Source: Octopus vulgaris (taxonomy: Eukaryota). From it: DNA of 64,000 bases. The position numbers and the translations under genes are program-made. The notes under the pieces are model-generated. The model made no database searches and had not been told where the DNA came from. It saw nothing but the letters and a program-made list of their open reading frames with translations. Where the stretch lies: the NCBI GenBank assembly GCA_951406725.2, contig OX597832.1, positions 38,254,001 to 38,318,000 of the forward strand. Reading direction: 5' to 3'. Positions within the stretch are counted from its first letter, which is position 1. Each line of letters begins with the position of its first letter. This document shows positions 29,579 through 43,151 of the stretch, in pieces.

Positions 29579-29964
29579 TCAAAGAGTTAAAATATGAGCT
29601 CATGTTTTCATTAATTAATAAATCGAGTTTTCGTGCGAGGATTTGAGTTACTCGATGAGAGAGAAACATATATTGAGTGAGACTTGCAGCTGGAAATAGT
29701 GGTGCATATTTAACTAATCTCTTCACACACGTACGCGCACACACACACACACATACACACGAACACATGCACGCACCCACGAACCAACACGCACACACAC
29801 ACGCACACACACACACACGCACGCACGCACACAAGCACGCAACACAACATACATAGATAGACAATGTATATTACTAAGTACTCATTACGGCAAAAAGCTT
29901 CGATTGTGCAATATTTATATGCAAAGATATATGTGTGTGTATGTGTGTATATATATATATATAA

Positions 29965-30170
29965 CGGGAAGCTTCATGAAAATAAACAAAAGACGAAGTC
30001 AGGTGGAGTACAAACAAACAATTGTATTAGTATGACGCTCAGGAATATAAATAAAACAAGTCTTTTACGTTTCGAGCCTACGCTCTTCGACAGAAAGATA
30101 CATAGAAAAGAAACACGGAGAGAAACAAGGAGAAAAAAAATGCGTGCAGAAGCTAGCGATTCAGCATGGC
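29965..30170 (-). mobile_element. Penelope-like terminal-repeat fragment with hammerhead-like motif
   Basis: Minus strand tcttt-CTGTCGA-A-gagc-gtag-gctc-GAAA-cg-TA-aaaga (30061-30098); abuts (TA)n; homologous to 18591-18790. Confidence 0.6.
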
Positions 30171-30768
30171 GATCTGATTCTGGCCAGAAGTCAGAGATCA
30201 AACGTGAGACGCAAGAGCGAAAATAGGGGAGATAACAGGGTCAAATTACTTCGCCCTAACATAAGGGTGCGTGTGTGTATGAGAGAGTATGTGGAGCGTA
30301 TGAAAGGTCTTGACGTGTGTATGTATGTATGATGTGATGTGTAATGTCGTATGGTGTAGTGTAGAGAGGTGTGTGTGCGTGTGTACTCTCTTTTGTACTC
30401 TGTGTAAGTTTGGTCTATTGATATAACTTACTATATACTTATATATTCAACTATTCATTCCTGAAGGTCTTTAGTATGTGCCTTCTATCGTTTTGCAAGT
30501 ATACACACATATTTTGTATATGAAACTCAAGTTGTTATATTTAATTTCTTTATCCGCATAATTGCCTTCATATCTTATATCTTATTGCCTTCATATCTTA
30601 CAGCCACTTTTTACCCCGCAGATTTGGTCCTTCGTATACACATGGCAGTCGGAGTTCGAATCATTTTAGCGCCACAAAGGCCTATGTATGTATATTTCCA
30701 TTTATTCATCAAGATGCAATAATGTAGAGAGTTCATGAGGTAAAGAGTATAGCATCATAGCCTGAATT

Positions 30769-30812
<44 letters not shown>

Positions 30813-30821
30813 GTATGCATG

Positions 30822-31485
30822 TATAAGGTCTTCAAATATGAAATTTGTACTAAGGTATAACTTTGACAGCTGCTCGTTATACTTTGACAATCTTTATTTT
30901 TCGTTAGAAAGCTGACACATCTAATTTATCTTTTTATCTTAACTCATTTTGAGCTTTATAAAGTATTTATAAATCGTGTTTTGCTATTTTCGTTTAGAGA
31001 TGGATAAGTCGGAAATTCGTACAGTTTTGAAATGTGAGTTCTTTCTTGGAAATACAGCATCACAGACAGCTCGGAATATTAATGGAGTATTTCGTTTTAA
31101 TATTATTACACAGCATACAGTATTAAATTGGTTTGCAAAATTTCGTTCTGTTAACTTTGACCTCACAAATGAGCAACGCAGTTGACCAGAAACAAAGGTG
31201 GATAATGACGAACTAAAAGCCATCGTTGGGTCAAATTCATCTCAAAGTGCCCCTGAATTATCGTTGAATATTGACTCACCTAGCTCAAATCGGTAAAGTG
31301 AAAAAGTTGGATAAATGGGTTCCACATGAACTCAAAGGAAATCAGAAACATCAACGTTTGGAAGCTTGCATTATGATGCTTTCTCGCCCCAAAAATGAAT
31401 AATTTTTGAATGGAATTGTAACATGTGATGAGAACTGGATCCAATACAACAACCGTAAACGTTAAGCACAATGGTTGGACAAAGA
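30822..31485 (+). mobile_element. Mariner transposon remnant (5' end, HTH domains to first catalytic Asp)
   Basis: From ATG 31000: MDKSEIRTVLKCEFFLGNTASQTARNIN...WFAKFRS...; HLAQIGKVKKLDKWVPHEL; IVTCDENWIQYNN; stops and deletions present. Confidence 0.9.
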
Positions 31486-31712
31486 CACACACACACACAT
31501 ACACACACATCTTTTATTCTTTGTCTTTCATCTCTTACTGCTTTCTGCCAGAGTCTGAGGCCATACTGAAGCACCACCTTTCAATGTGTTTAGTTTCTTT
31601 TCTCTACAATTTCTAGGAAAGTAGCGAGTTGGATAGAACTTCTCTTGTTTCTGCCTCCACCAGCGATGCAGGTTCATCTGCAATTGGAGGATACAAATTT
31701 CTTCAGGCGCTG

Positions 31713-31872
31713 TTTGATGTTGGTGTGTTTACGTCCCTGTAACTTTGCGGTTCGGTAAAAGACCGATATAATAAGTACTAAGCTTACAAAGAATAAGTCG
31801 TCGGGTCGCTTTGTTCGACTAAGGCAGTGCTCCAACATGGCTGCAGTCAAATTACTGAAACAAGTAAAAGAA
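31713..31872 (+). mobile_element. SINE family B, 3' portion
   Basis: gatgttggtgtgtttacgtccc...ataagtactaagcttacaaagaataagtc...ctgaaacaagtaaaaga. Confidence 0.85.
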
Positions 31873-31887
31873 TGTATATAGTCAGAC

Positions 31888-31921
<34 letters not shown>

Positions 31922-32030
31922 ATAGATACATACATAGATAGATAAGGAGAGAGCAACACTGGGATATAGAAATAGATATATAGATATACACAACTTTTAT
32001 ACATACGTGCATAGATACATCAATACGCAT

Positions 32031-32068
<38 letters not shown>

Positions 32069-32654
32069 ACTCACACACGCGCGCGCACACACGCACAAAT
32101 GCTCACATATATATGATATTTGTATATGAATGTATGTATGTATATATGTATATGATGAAACCAGGTTCTACCTGCTACAAAAGGCACGTAACACACTAAA
32201 TTCTGTCTCACGATCGGCTGGTCGGTGCCCAAAATGTTAAACTCCACCCAGTGTCTTGTGCGTAGGAGGGTATCTGGGCACCCAGCGGGATTAGAAACAA
32301 AGAGAACGAGCGGAAAAAGCTTCTCACAGAGAAGCCAACGGTGCACAATACCTGGAGAGGAGCTAAGCACCATCAGATTATTTACCTATTGAAAAGCAGC
32401 ATGATCTCACAGCGAAACCAAGTTGTGGGTCTTGCGGCGCGCTTACGGGTTCCTTAGATTACAGACTTAGTTTGACGTATCTTTATGAATGTGTGTGCGA
32501 ATACGTGTCTATGTATGTATGTGTGTATATATATGCATATATATGTATATATGTATAATGATAATAATAAGAAGAAGAAGTATAATATTAGGGAGTATAA
32601 CTCCTTAATATTTTCTCTAATTTATATATATTATATATATATATGTATATAAAT

Positions 32655-32979
32655 AATAAATATTAGGGAATAAATCCAAATTTACAGGGAACAAAAAATC
32701 AGATTTAGGATTAAATCCAATTTTATAGTAAAATATTATAAAATATTATTAGAGACAAAACCACTATTTTGCAAAACAAACAAGGAAAGACTTAATCAAT
32801 ACATAAAAATTTAATAAATAGTCAAAAAAACCGCCACTACAATCGTTTCTTGTCTTGATCGACAATCTTCAGGTGGACTTCCAATAAGTCAGTTTCAAAT
32901 TATGAAGTCATAATGTATTGATTAAGTCTTTCCTTGTTTGTTTTGCAAAATAGTGGTTTTTCTCTAATAATATTTTATA
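32655..32979 (-). mobile_element. Short fold-back element in (TA)n carrying a complete hammerhead core
   Basis: About 68-bp near-perfect inverted arms at 32737-32804 and 32913-32979; hammerhead in the spacer. Confidence 0.75.
32834..32876 (-). ncRNA. Minimal type I hammerhead ribozyme
   Basis: Minus strand ccac-CTGAAGA-ttgtc-gatcaa-gacaa-GAAA-c-gatt-g-TA-gtgg: all core nucleotides, 4-bp stem I, 5-bp stem II, minimal stem III, GUA cleavage triplet. Confidence 0.75.
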
Positions 32980-33060
32980 TATGTATATATATATGTATAT
33001 ATATATGTATATTTATGTATATATATATGTATAGATATATGTATAGATATATCTACACTC

Positions 33061-33142
<82 letters not shown>

Positions 33143-33147
33143 ATATA

Positions 33148-33293
33148 AATGTACGTGTGTGTGTGTGTGTGTACATGCATATATTTTGTAGATTTATATT
33201 TCGGCAGGCTCTATCTATCTCTATATATATATACATATATATATAGATATAGATATAGATAAATAGATATGGACATACAGAGACATATATGTA

Positions 33294-33325
<32 letters not shown>

Positions 33326-33360
33326 CTTATCTATATATAAATGCATTTGTGTGTATATAC

Positions 33361-33417
<57 letters not shown>

Positions 33418-33476
33418 TACGTGTGTGTGTGTGTGTGTACATGCATATATTTTGTAGATTTATATTTCGGCAGGCT
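33148..33476. repeat. Direct duplication of about 63 bp (33148-33210 and 33414-33476)
   Basis: aatgtacgtg(tg)n-tacatgcatatattttgtagatttatatttcggcaggct occurs twice, each preceded by a long (TG)n. Confidence 0.85.
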
Positions 33477-33674
33477 TATGAGTGTATGTTTATGTTCATT
33501 CGTCAAGAAACGATAAAGTAGAGAACTCAATCGGTAAATATAAAGGATGCTTTATTTATTATATCATTATATTTGAAGATGGTCATATTTTTAGCAATTC
33601 ACCACTCGCACTATCTATTTTATCTTCACATCATGTTTATCATCATCGTTTATCATCATCGTTATCATTATTAT

Positions 33675-34426
33675 CTCAAGATTTTTACCCACTGTACCCA
33701 GCGCTCCGACAATTATTGCTACTACTACCACCTTTTTCAATGACCACAACAGCTTAACCTCCCAAGCTAACCTGTCATATCTCTCGACTTTTCTTTCTTC
33801 CTTATCGCATGCTTGTTGTAAGCTGGGCATGCTATATCTGGTAGAAACGTTAGCACGCCGGGCGAAATTCGTAGCCGTATTTCGTCTGTCGTTGCGTTCC
33901 GAGTTCAAATTCCGCCGAGGTCGACTTTGCCTTTCATCCTTTCGGGATCGATAAATTAAGTACCAGTTACGCACTGGGGTCGATGTAATCGACTTAATCC
34001 GTTTGTCTGTCCCCTCTGTGTTTAGCCCCTTGTGGGTAGTAAAGAAATATATATCTATGATCCAGCATCGTTTGCTTTCTTTCTCAATTAACACCATGTC
34101 TGGTTTCCTATTCTCAATCTCATGGTCGCACTGAATCATAAAATCCCATAGGATTTTTGCATTATAATTTTCGATGATGCCTTCGGGTTTATGCTCGTAC
34201 CACTTTTTTGCTCTGTCAAGTCCATACTTGTTGCAAAATGTCCAATGGGCAATCCTTGCTATTTTGTCATGGCGTCTCTTATATTCTGTCTGGGTTAGTG
34301 ACGTACATTGACTGGTAATGTGCCATACGGGTTCACAAATTCTGTACTTATCACTTTCTGAGTAGTTTCTATTCTGTATTTGTTGTAATTGGTTCTCAAT
34401 GCTTGCTCTTGGGCAGCACAGATTTT
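33675..34426 (-). mobile_element. R4/Dong-clade LINE remnant, second copy, interrupted by a SINE
   Basis: KICAAQEQALRTNY, EYKRRHDKIARIAHWTFC, RKPDMVLIEKESKRCWIIDI...DKEERKVERYDRLAWEVKLLW...IIVGALG; homologous to 15836-16480. Confidence 0.88.
33840..34049 (+). mobile_element. SINE family A nested in the LINE, 7-bp TSD
   Basis: TSD tatatct at 33833-33839 and 34050-34056; the LINE copy at about 16170 shows the empty site. Confidence 0.92.
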
Positions 34427-34779
34427 AAGTTGAGTGCGGGTTGCGCAACACCGCAATAACTCTTACTAACAATACCAAGAGGACCAGCGATAAACAAAAT
34501 GCAAGATACCCAGCTTAGTAGAACAACGGGTCTGATATATGAGTTAACCTTCTCTTAGAGAGGTTCCTTAAAAAGCAGACTTACTGCGAGTATTTCTACG
34601 CTGGCTAACCTATATCTGGGCCCCATGTCAGGGGGAAAATAGACCTGGGAACCCGAGTGGTTAAGATGTGGTTCTACATTCGTCGAACACCTGGAATTTC
34701 CGAACCAGAGCCCTGCTAGTGGATGCGGCTTAAAGACATACGCAGAACACACACAAACACAAACACGCACACACACACA

Positions 34780-34836
<57 letters not shown>

Positions 34837-35221
34837 GCACGCACACGCACACACGCACACACACTCACACACACATACACACACACACACACACACTCTC
34901 TCTCTCTCATACATACATACTTATTTGCTATGGGCGAATTTTGATTGCAGATACGTAGCATCTCTGCTCCAGTTAACGAACGCAAAGAAGCGCATCTGGA
35001 TGTATCTGCTCTTTTGTACGCCACAGTGAATACATAAGAATAAATGTTTATATATTCAGATACTTAATCCACACACGCGCACTCATACATACATACATAA
35101 ATAGACACACTCACTCACACACATATACGCACACATAACCTATTTGTATATGTATTCAGATATATCGAATATTTACTAATTGCCTAAATATAAGCATTCA
35201 TGCAAACATATATAAGGGTGC

Positions 35222-35265
<44 letters not shown>

Positions 35266-36262
35266 TACAATAATTAGTCAGTTTGAAAGAGATACTAATT
35301 ATGCCTGATTTCACGCGAACGGTATAATTGATTAAATCAATAATCAATAATCCAGCTGTGACAGTCCTCACTTGAATTCGAACTATCCACGAGTTAAATG
35401 CCCAAAGAGACACGTTTATGATTTTAGAAAATTTGTTTGCCATTATAGTAAAACATGCAACTGCTTAAAAGCACTCACATATATATATATATATATATTG
35501 TATCGTTTTCTTTTTAAAATATTTATTGAATAAATATTAGAGCTGCAATGGACTGCAGCTCTGATAGGTCACAATATTGAATGATTTAGACGAAAAATTC
35601 GTCCTAATACAGATTGTTAAGTCTCGTAGTTTGAGAATTGTTACGTTATGTGGACGTAAACAAGCACCAGTTGTAAGTATGTATGTATGTATGTATGTAT
35701 TATTATTATTTTTTTTTTTTTCGTACTATTTTTACATTTATATTCGTGTAACATCGTCCGTTTTTCCGTCCTTGTTTCGTATACATTCGAAGCTTTTTTC
35801 CAAGGAAACTAATACTCTTAGCTTAGTTTTTCCTTGGGGCTGGCCAGATTGGAGCAATCTCAAGATTAATCAGCCGAAATTGCGAGGATGATCCGGTTCT
35901 TGACTGAAGATTGAAGGCTTCGTGTTTTTTGTATGGTCTTCTGAATGTTTTGCGTTCTTGTCCCATTTGGTATATTTTTTATATGTATGTATGTATGCAT
36001 GTATGTATGTATGTATAGATGGATGGATGGATGGATGGATGGATGGATGGATGTGCTAATAATTTTGATGAATTAAGTATTATAACATCGATGTGATACT
36101 GCATACCTACCTTTGAAAACCCCTGTATATAATATATAAATGAATACATACATACATACATATGTGCCTCTGAAAAACCTAAATCTTGTGTGTAATACGC
36201 ACCCCTTCTCTAACTTGAGTGAAGGAGATCTATATATCGTCCTTGGTTTGTAAAAATGTATA

Positions 36263-36540
36263 CAGCTCTTGAGGGGCCCATTTTCCAGCCACTGAAACCT
36301 TTCCAATGTGTTTTAGCTGGCGTACTACTCTTGTATGGACCACGTTTAACTGTTCTGCAAGTTCCCTAAAAGCAACGGTAAGGTTCTCTGTAACAAGACC
36401 TTCCAACATTTTGGAATCAATTTTTTTGGACGACCCTCTTTTGGCTCTTCTTTCAAAGTGAAATCACCACTTCGGAAACGGGAAAACCACCTCCTGCAAC
36501 TTTTGTCATTCATTACATCATCCCCATAAGTGCTCTGAAT
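36263..36540 (-). mobile_element. Mariner transposase N-terminal (HTH) remnant
   Basis: IQSTYGDDVMNDKSCRRWFSRFRSGDFTLKEEPKEGRP, frameshift, RELAEQLNV...LKHIGKVSVAGKWAPQEL. Confidence 0.85.
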
Positions 36541-37028
36541 AAGTGATAATCAGATGGGGCAATGTCCAGCAGATACAGTGGGTGTGGCATCGTTTGCCAT
36601 TCAAATTGCTCCAGCCTCTGGAATCTCATCCTCGCTGTATGTGGCCGAGCACATGGAAGAACATCTTTCGTCTTGAAACCAAAGATGGTCGCTTTACCTC
36701 TAGCGCTGACTTAAGCCGTTCCAGCTACTTGCAGCTGATCTCGTTTGTCATCGTTTGGTTTGGGCTTAAAAGTGAACAACAACTTTCATATCCCACTTTA
36801 GCCTTGGGTGCTGGTGTTTCTCCTTTTCCTCCCCCACTGTCTTCGGCCCATGACATATTTATAGAGAACTCATTTCTCGATACCAGTCACCATTCGGTCC
36901 AAAACAGATTCATTCGTAAGAGATGACAAAAGAAAAAAAAAACACACATTCACTCTCTGCATGCGATTAGACTCGGAAAGTTTGTGAGGAATCCATTGAC
37001 CCAATTGCCTGGCTTTCCCGATGTGTTT
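36530..37028 (-). mobile_element. Mariner transposase linker and catalytic-domain remnant
   Basis: HIGKARQLGQWIPHKLSESNRMQRV; LDRMVTGIEK*VLY; LERLKSALEVKRP; ARPHTA; WQTMPHPLYLLDIAPSDYHLFRAL (YSPDLAPSDYHLF motif). Confidence 0.88.
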
Positions 37029-37403
37029 GTGCTTGCATGCATGTTTATGTACGGTTGCATGCACTTGCTTAAGTGTGTATATGTATATCAATGTGTCCGA
37101 TTGTTTGTGTAAGTTCAAATGACGTATTTCTTTCCGGATGAATGTATGAGTATGTGCGAGTATGTGTGCCTTTATTTGTCTATGCGTGTATGTGTGTCGT
37201 TATTGTTTGTGTGAGTGTGTGTATATGTTTGTGTCAATGTGTACAATCAATTTCCTTTGGAACAGTATAACACCAGTATGGCGAACGTAAATTCTACCAC
37301 GACCTTGAATTCTCTTCTGCACAAGACCAATACACACACATACACACACACACTGAAACGTAAACACTCTTTCATATAAAATGCATGTTTATGCATGTAT
37401 AAA

Positions 37404-37657
37404 TCACGTGATCACGTGATCGACCAGATTGTCAGATGTTACACATCGCTGGTCACAATGCGTTTTGCATCGTTTGAATGAAGCAACCCAGCTGGCTAGG
37501 CGATCAGGCTGACATTTCCCTCAGATCGAATGCGGGGGAAGGAACAACTTGAAATGAAGACTTTTCTTCAAGAACACCACACGCCGCCAGGTCTGGGAAT
37601 CGAACCCACGTCTAGTGACCGTAAGTGCAACAGTCTAAACACTAGGCAACGCACCTT
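37404..37657 (-). mobile_element. tRNA-derived SINE related to family C
   Basis: Minus strand head ggtgcgttgcctagtgtttagac...gggttcgattcccagacc, then gtgttcttgaagaaaagtcttcatttca. Confidence 0.7.
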
Positions 37658-37770
37658 CAGACACACACACACATACATGCACGCACATATATACATACAC
37701 AAACACACATGTAAGCGCACACATATACATATATATTTACAAACATATATAATTGCGAAAACACATACTC

Positions 37771-37910
<140 letters not shown>

Positions 37911-38942
37911 TGCATGTAAGTAAATGCATAGCTCTACGCAAACATGCACATAGGCACAGACACACTCACACATGCATACGTATGTGTGAGTGTACGCATT
38001 TGAATGTAAGCATGTATATGTGTGGTTAGGTCTAGGCATGCACAACAAACAATTTTCACATATAAAATATGCTAGAAGCAAGTCGAGTCAAGCAGAATGA
38101 AGGGAAAGAGAGAGAAAGAAAAGGAGAGAATTAGAGAGAGATAAAGATAAAGACAGATTGAAAGAGACAGAGACAGAGAGGGCGAGAGACAAACACAGAA
38201 TGAGAAAGGAAGCTGAAGGTGGCGATGGCGAAAGATTGCGAGCGGAAAATAAGTTTGAGTGATGTCCAGTTCCCTGATGCAGACTGTACTATGATTTTAA
38301 CATTGAGGACACATATGCACACAGCTGAGACTACATATGCATACATATATGCACACATGCACACATATATATATATATATATATGTATATACACATACAT
38401 ATGTAACATGTATATATATGTATAAACACATACACACACATACACTCAAGCACACAGACACACAGAGACACACACGCACGTACAAGCATGTCTGCACATA
38501 TTTGTGCGTTTATTTATTTACTGAATTAATAAACCGCGAAAATCAGTTCACCAAAAATATTTCTGACAGATTCCTCGCCAAAATAAAGACAAGTCGGATG
38601 AGAAAAACTTGAAAACGAATGAAGAAAAGAGAGTGAGAGAAAGACAAAGTAGAGAGATACTCATAGGGAGAGAGAAAGAGAGAGTGAGAAAGAGAGAAAG
38701 AGAAAGAGAGAGAGAAAGAAAGAAAGGAGAATAGATTGATAGATAAATTAATAAGCGGATAATATATACTGACAACGATCTAATGTACCAGGAAACGAGA
38801 GTGCGATCAGGAGAGACACATTGTTAGTGAATTAGAGAGATAGAGCGAAATTAAGCGAGGTAGTATACGTACTGAGAGATATAAGGGAGTGATGTGCATA
38901 TATTTTGCGCATATACACACATATATGTACACGCAATATTTG

Positions 38943-38992
<50 letters not shown>

Positions 38993-39006
38993 AATATATG
39001 TGTGTG

Positions 39007-39055
<49 letters not shown>

Positions 39056-39393
39056 GTATATATATTACATAAAATCACACAAAGAGAGAAAGAAAGACAG
39101 ACAAACCGACAGGAAATGTGATCCACACAGAGAGGGATTTGAGAGAATGAGAGAGATTATACTTAGAAAGTGAGGTGGTTAGACGAAAATGAAAGCGCCA
39201 TTGCTGCTAAATGTTGCATCTTTTCCGCCATTGCAAATTTCTCCGCGGGCAAATGAAAAAAATTACTATCTGGCTATGACAGCTTCTGTGCTTCCTCCAT
39301 CTTTTCTTACCCAATCTTACGCAAAAACCCTCTCACATACACACATACCTTCCAGATCTTGACTTGTTTATTTGTTTGCATATCTATTATTAT

Positions 39394-39434
<41 letters not shown>

Positions 39435-39588
39435 TTCTTTCCCTCCCTTTCTCCTCTGCTTTACACAGCGCTATTGCATCGCAGCAGGACTACACCGTTC
39501 GCCATGGAATGGATTGATACTGTAAAAGAGGGAAGGGGTAGACTCCATGTGATTAGTAATATTATGATTGTTTCTCTTGCTGTTGTTG

Positions 39589-39669
<81 letters not shown>

Positions 39670-39907
39670 TTGTTTGTTATTAATATTATTATTATTATCA
39701 TTATCATTATTATTATTATTTGGAGGTGGAGAATAATTCTTTTTATAAAATTTATTAAAAAATATTTCGAGTTTTTGTTTTTACACCGCCTCGTTTTGTT
39801 GTTCATATTGTACTTGTTAATATATTTTCTTTTTTTTTTCCATTTAAATTTTCGCATTATTATTATTATTATTAATATCATTATTATTATTATGATTATT
39901 ATTATTG

Positions 39908-39986
<79 letters not shown>

Positions 39987-40376
39987 CACCATCATCACCA
40001 TCATTATTAATTGTTTTGTTCGAAGGTTTGGGTTGGTTAAGTTTTCGCCAGACAGTTAAGTTAAAGGTGTTGGGTAGAGTTGGGAAAACGGTGTCACCCT
40101 TCTCCGACTGATGTCCGAAGAAATTGGTTAACGAGATGCCACGTGTTCTACGGAGGGAAAGTCAGTGGTTTCGATATAAATAAAAAGAAAATCACATTCA
40201 CAAAAAGTGTCAAATGGATAGTACCGTTTGTGTCAATTCAATGGCAGCCATGTTGATTATCAATAACATATACAAGGAAACATACACATACAAGCATACA
40301 TACATACATACATACATACATGCATGCATACATACATGCATGCATACATACATACATACATACATACATACATACA

Positions 40377-40407
<31 letters not shown>

Positions 40408-40532
40408 GGGTGCAATAAATGCATACACATAAATATACGTATATATATGCATACATATACGTACATGTATACACATATATGTACTTATATATATTCACAC
40501 AAACACAAATATATATATATATATATATATAA

Positions 40533-40569
<37 letters not shown>

Positions 40570-41912
40570 CATATATTTGCATACATACATACATACAAAC
40601 ATACATACATGCATACATGTATACATACATACATACATACATACATACAATACATACACACATACATACATACATACATACATACATACATACATACATA
40701 CATACATACATACTGAGATAGATATATAGATAGATCGACACCTCAGAAACTAGTATGCATATTTATGCATATGCTATGCGAAACGTACAAGGACACACGC
40801 TTCGACGCATGCGCATAGACACACATGCATATATTATTTTTGCAGACAGTGACATTGAACTCATTGTTTACAAAATCATTATAAATATTAATATTAAATT
40901 TTTCACTTTTATTAAATCTTATATTCAACCAATGTTCGTCATTGCTGTATGTTTACAAAATTGTGTTTGTGTGTGTAAACGTGACCGATACATCTGTGTC
41001 AGAGCTATTTTCTTTGTATGTTTGTCAAACACGTAACCTACAGTATTTGTACGAAGACTTCGATTAATCGGCCATGTTGGCTGAAAATACGCACCAACCG
41101 ATTTAAAAGAAATCGCTGACAGTTGTCTGTTAACAATCGCTTTGCTTTCAAATAATCATCCGGGACTTTGACTTCAGTTAGTACCCATCATGCATCTGGA
41201 GTTTTGGTTCAGAATCTCATCTGAAGACATTTTTTAGTGTGTTGACGGATTATTGTGTTCACAATTTTGTTTACGACTGAATAAAGTGATGAATAATATA
41301 AAGTTTATCAGAGAATCACTTTTCATAATTCTGCGGAATTTTTCTAAAATTCCATGGCTTATACAGTGTTTAATATGCAATGCTGGTGTCCTATTATTTT
41401 TATTACTTGATCTCCAATATAGTTTTCAAAGAAGTGTTTTTGTTCTGTAGGTATTGGTGACAAAATGATCTTTTGGTTTGATCTATATGCGACACTTGAA
41501 TAAAGAACTCTAATAGCCTTCCATAAATTAGTGACAGCTCTCTATATATTTGGCTGCTCTTTCTTGCAGGTTGAAAGATTAGATAAATATTTCCTTATCG
41601 TACACAACAGCATGTTCAAGTGTTGTTGTTGTTTAAGTCAGAGATCAACTTTGATCATGCAAATCCGTTATAGAAGAGATTCTAGCCATGGCCATCATAT
41701 CTTATTGTCCAGCATAGTGATTCCTCAAAAGCATTATCAAAGGTAACTTGTATTTTTGAAGACCTTACTGTGTTAGTAATGCTTTGGCTGGTATATCTAG
41801 AAAATGGAGCAATGACACAGAAACTCTCGCACGAGCACAAAATAAAAAGGATTTTCTGAATTTTTTGAAACCTGCTTAATGTTGAAATCAACTTTATGAC
41901 GATACCAGTTCA

Positions 41913-42222
41913 GGATTGACATCTACTCAATGATTTGACAGCTATTCAACGTGTTGACAAATATTTCATGTTGACAATTAGTCAATACTACAACCTACCA
42001 AATGTATTGACACCTGATCAATATATTGACATTTTTCTCAACGTGTTGGTATCTATCTAATGTTATATCTAATCGACAAAGAAACCTATTCAAATTCGAC
42101 AACTATTCGATTAGTTGACATCTGCTCGATAGCGACAGATGCGCAGTGTGTTGTTGTATATCCAGTGAGTTGTCATCTACTCAGTGTGTTGACATGTAAC
42201 CAACGTGTGGATATCTAATTAA
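41913..42222. repeat. Degenerate minisatellite, about 19-bp unit (consensus near GTTGACATCTACTCAATGT)
   Basis: ttgaca/tcgaca/ttgtca recur at about 17-20 bp spacing, roughly 16 units. Confidence 0.75.
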
Positions 42223-42906
42223 AGTATGTTCAACCTTTTCCCGTCATATGTCCAAATGTTTCGTTGAAGTAACGGATGAATACCATATCGCTTGCATTAC
42301 ATGATTTACACTCTACCAAATGCTTACATAGCTCTCTTATTCTAACACAGATCTTTTAACATTTTGTTCAACAGTTGTTTAGTTATTCTACACCGTATCC
42401 CTACATAATAGCTTACACAGTCAGCTATTTTATGTGAAGAACATCTACTAGTTGGGTAAAGTAAATAATGGCGCTGAGAAATTTTCTCAAGGGGCGATTT
42501 CTGCACGAAGGACATAAGATTAAGTGCAGAATTCTATATCTGACGAAAATAGATTTTTATTCTCTGTATTTATATCATTCCTATAAGGAAATTATAGGAA
42601 TGATAGGAAAACTGCCATTTAAAGAAAGAGGACATATATTATCAGATGGCACGATAAAGAAAATTCCTTGAATTGTAAATTTTTACATTGTTCTTCAGAA
42701 AAGTCTATTTGTATTAGTAAGGAAGGATTGTGGGGTTTCATTTCACGACCACACGTTTCGAGTTCAGTTCCAGTGCACGGCATATTAGGCAAGTGTCTTC
42801 AACTATAGCAAGGAGAAATTCAATGCTGTTGTGAGAGAATATGGTAGAAGGAAACTGTGCGGAATCCCTTGTATGTATTAAAGTAAATGTATGTATGTGT
42901 ATATAT

Positions 42907-43138
42907 ATTTCTTTATTGCCCACAAGGGGCTAAACATAGAAGGGACAAACAAGGACAGACAAAGGAATTAAGTCAATTACATCGACCCCAGTACGCAACT
43001 GGTACTTATTTAATCGACCCCCGAAAGGATGAAAGGCAAAGTCGACCTCGGCGGAATTTGAACTCAGAACGTAAAGACAGACGAAATAACGCTAAGCATT
43101 TCGCCCGGCGTACTAACGATTCTGCCAGCTCGCCGCCC
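42907..43138 (-). mobile_element. SINE family A, full length
   Basis: Near-identical to 4971-5200. Confidence 0.9.
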
Positions 43139-43151
43139 TGCATATGCCTAT

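Noticed and set aside
41913-42222. CRISPR-like appearance of short repeats
   Set aside because: Units are contiguous and degenerate with no unique spacers, in a eukaryotic context without cas genes.
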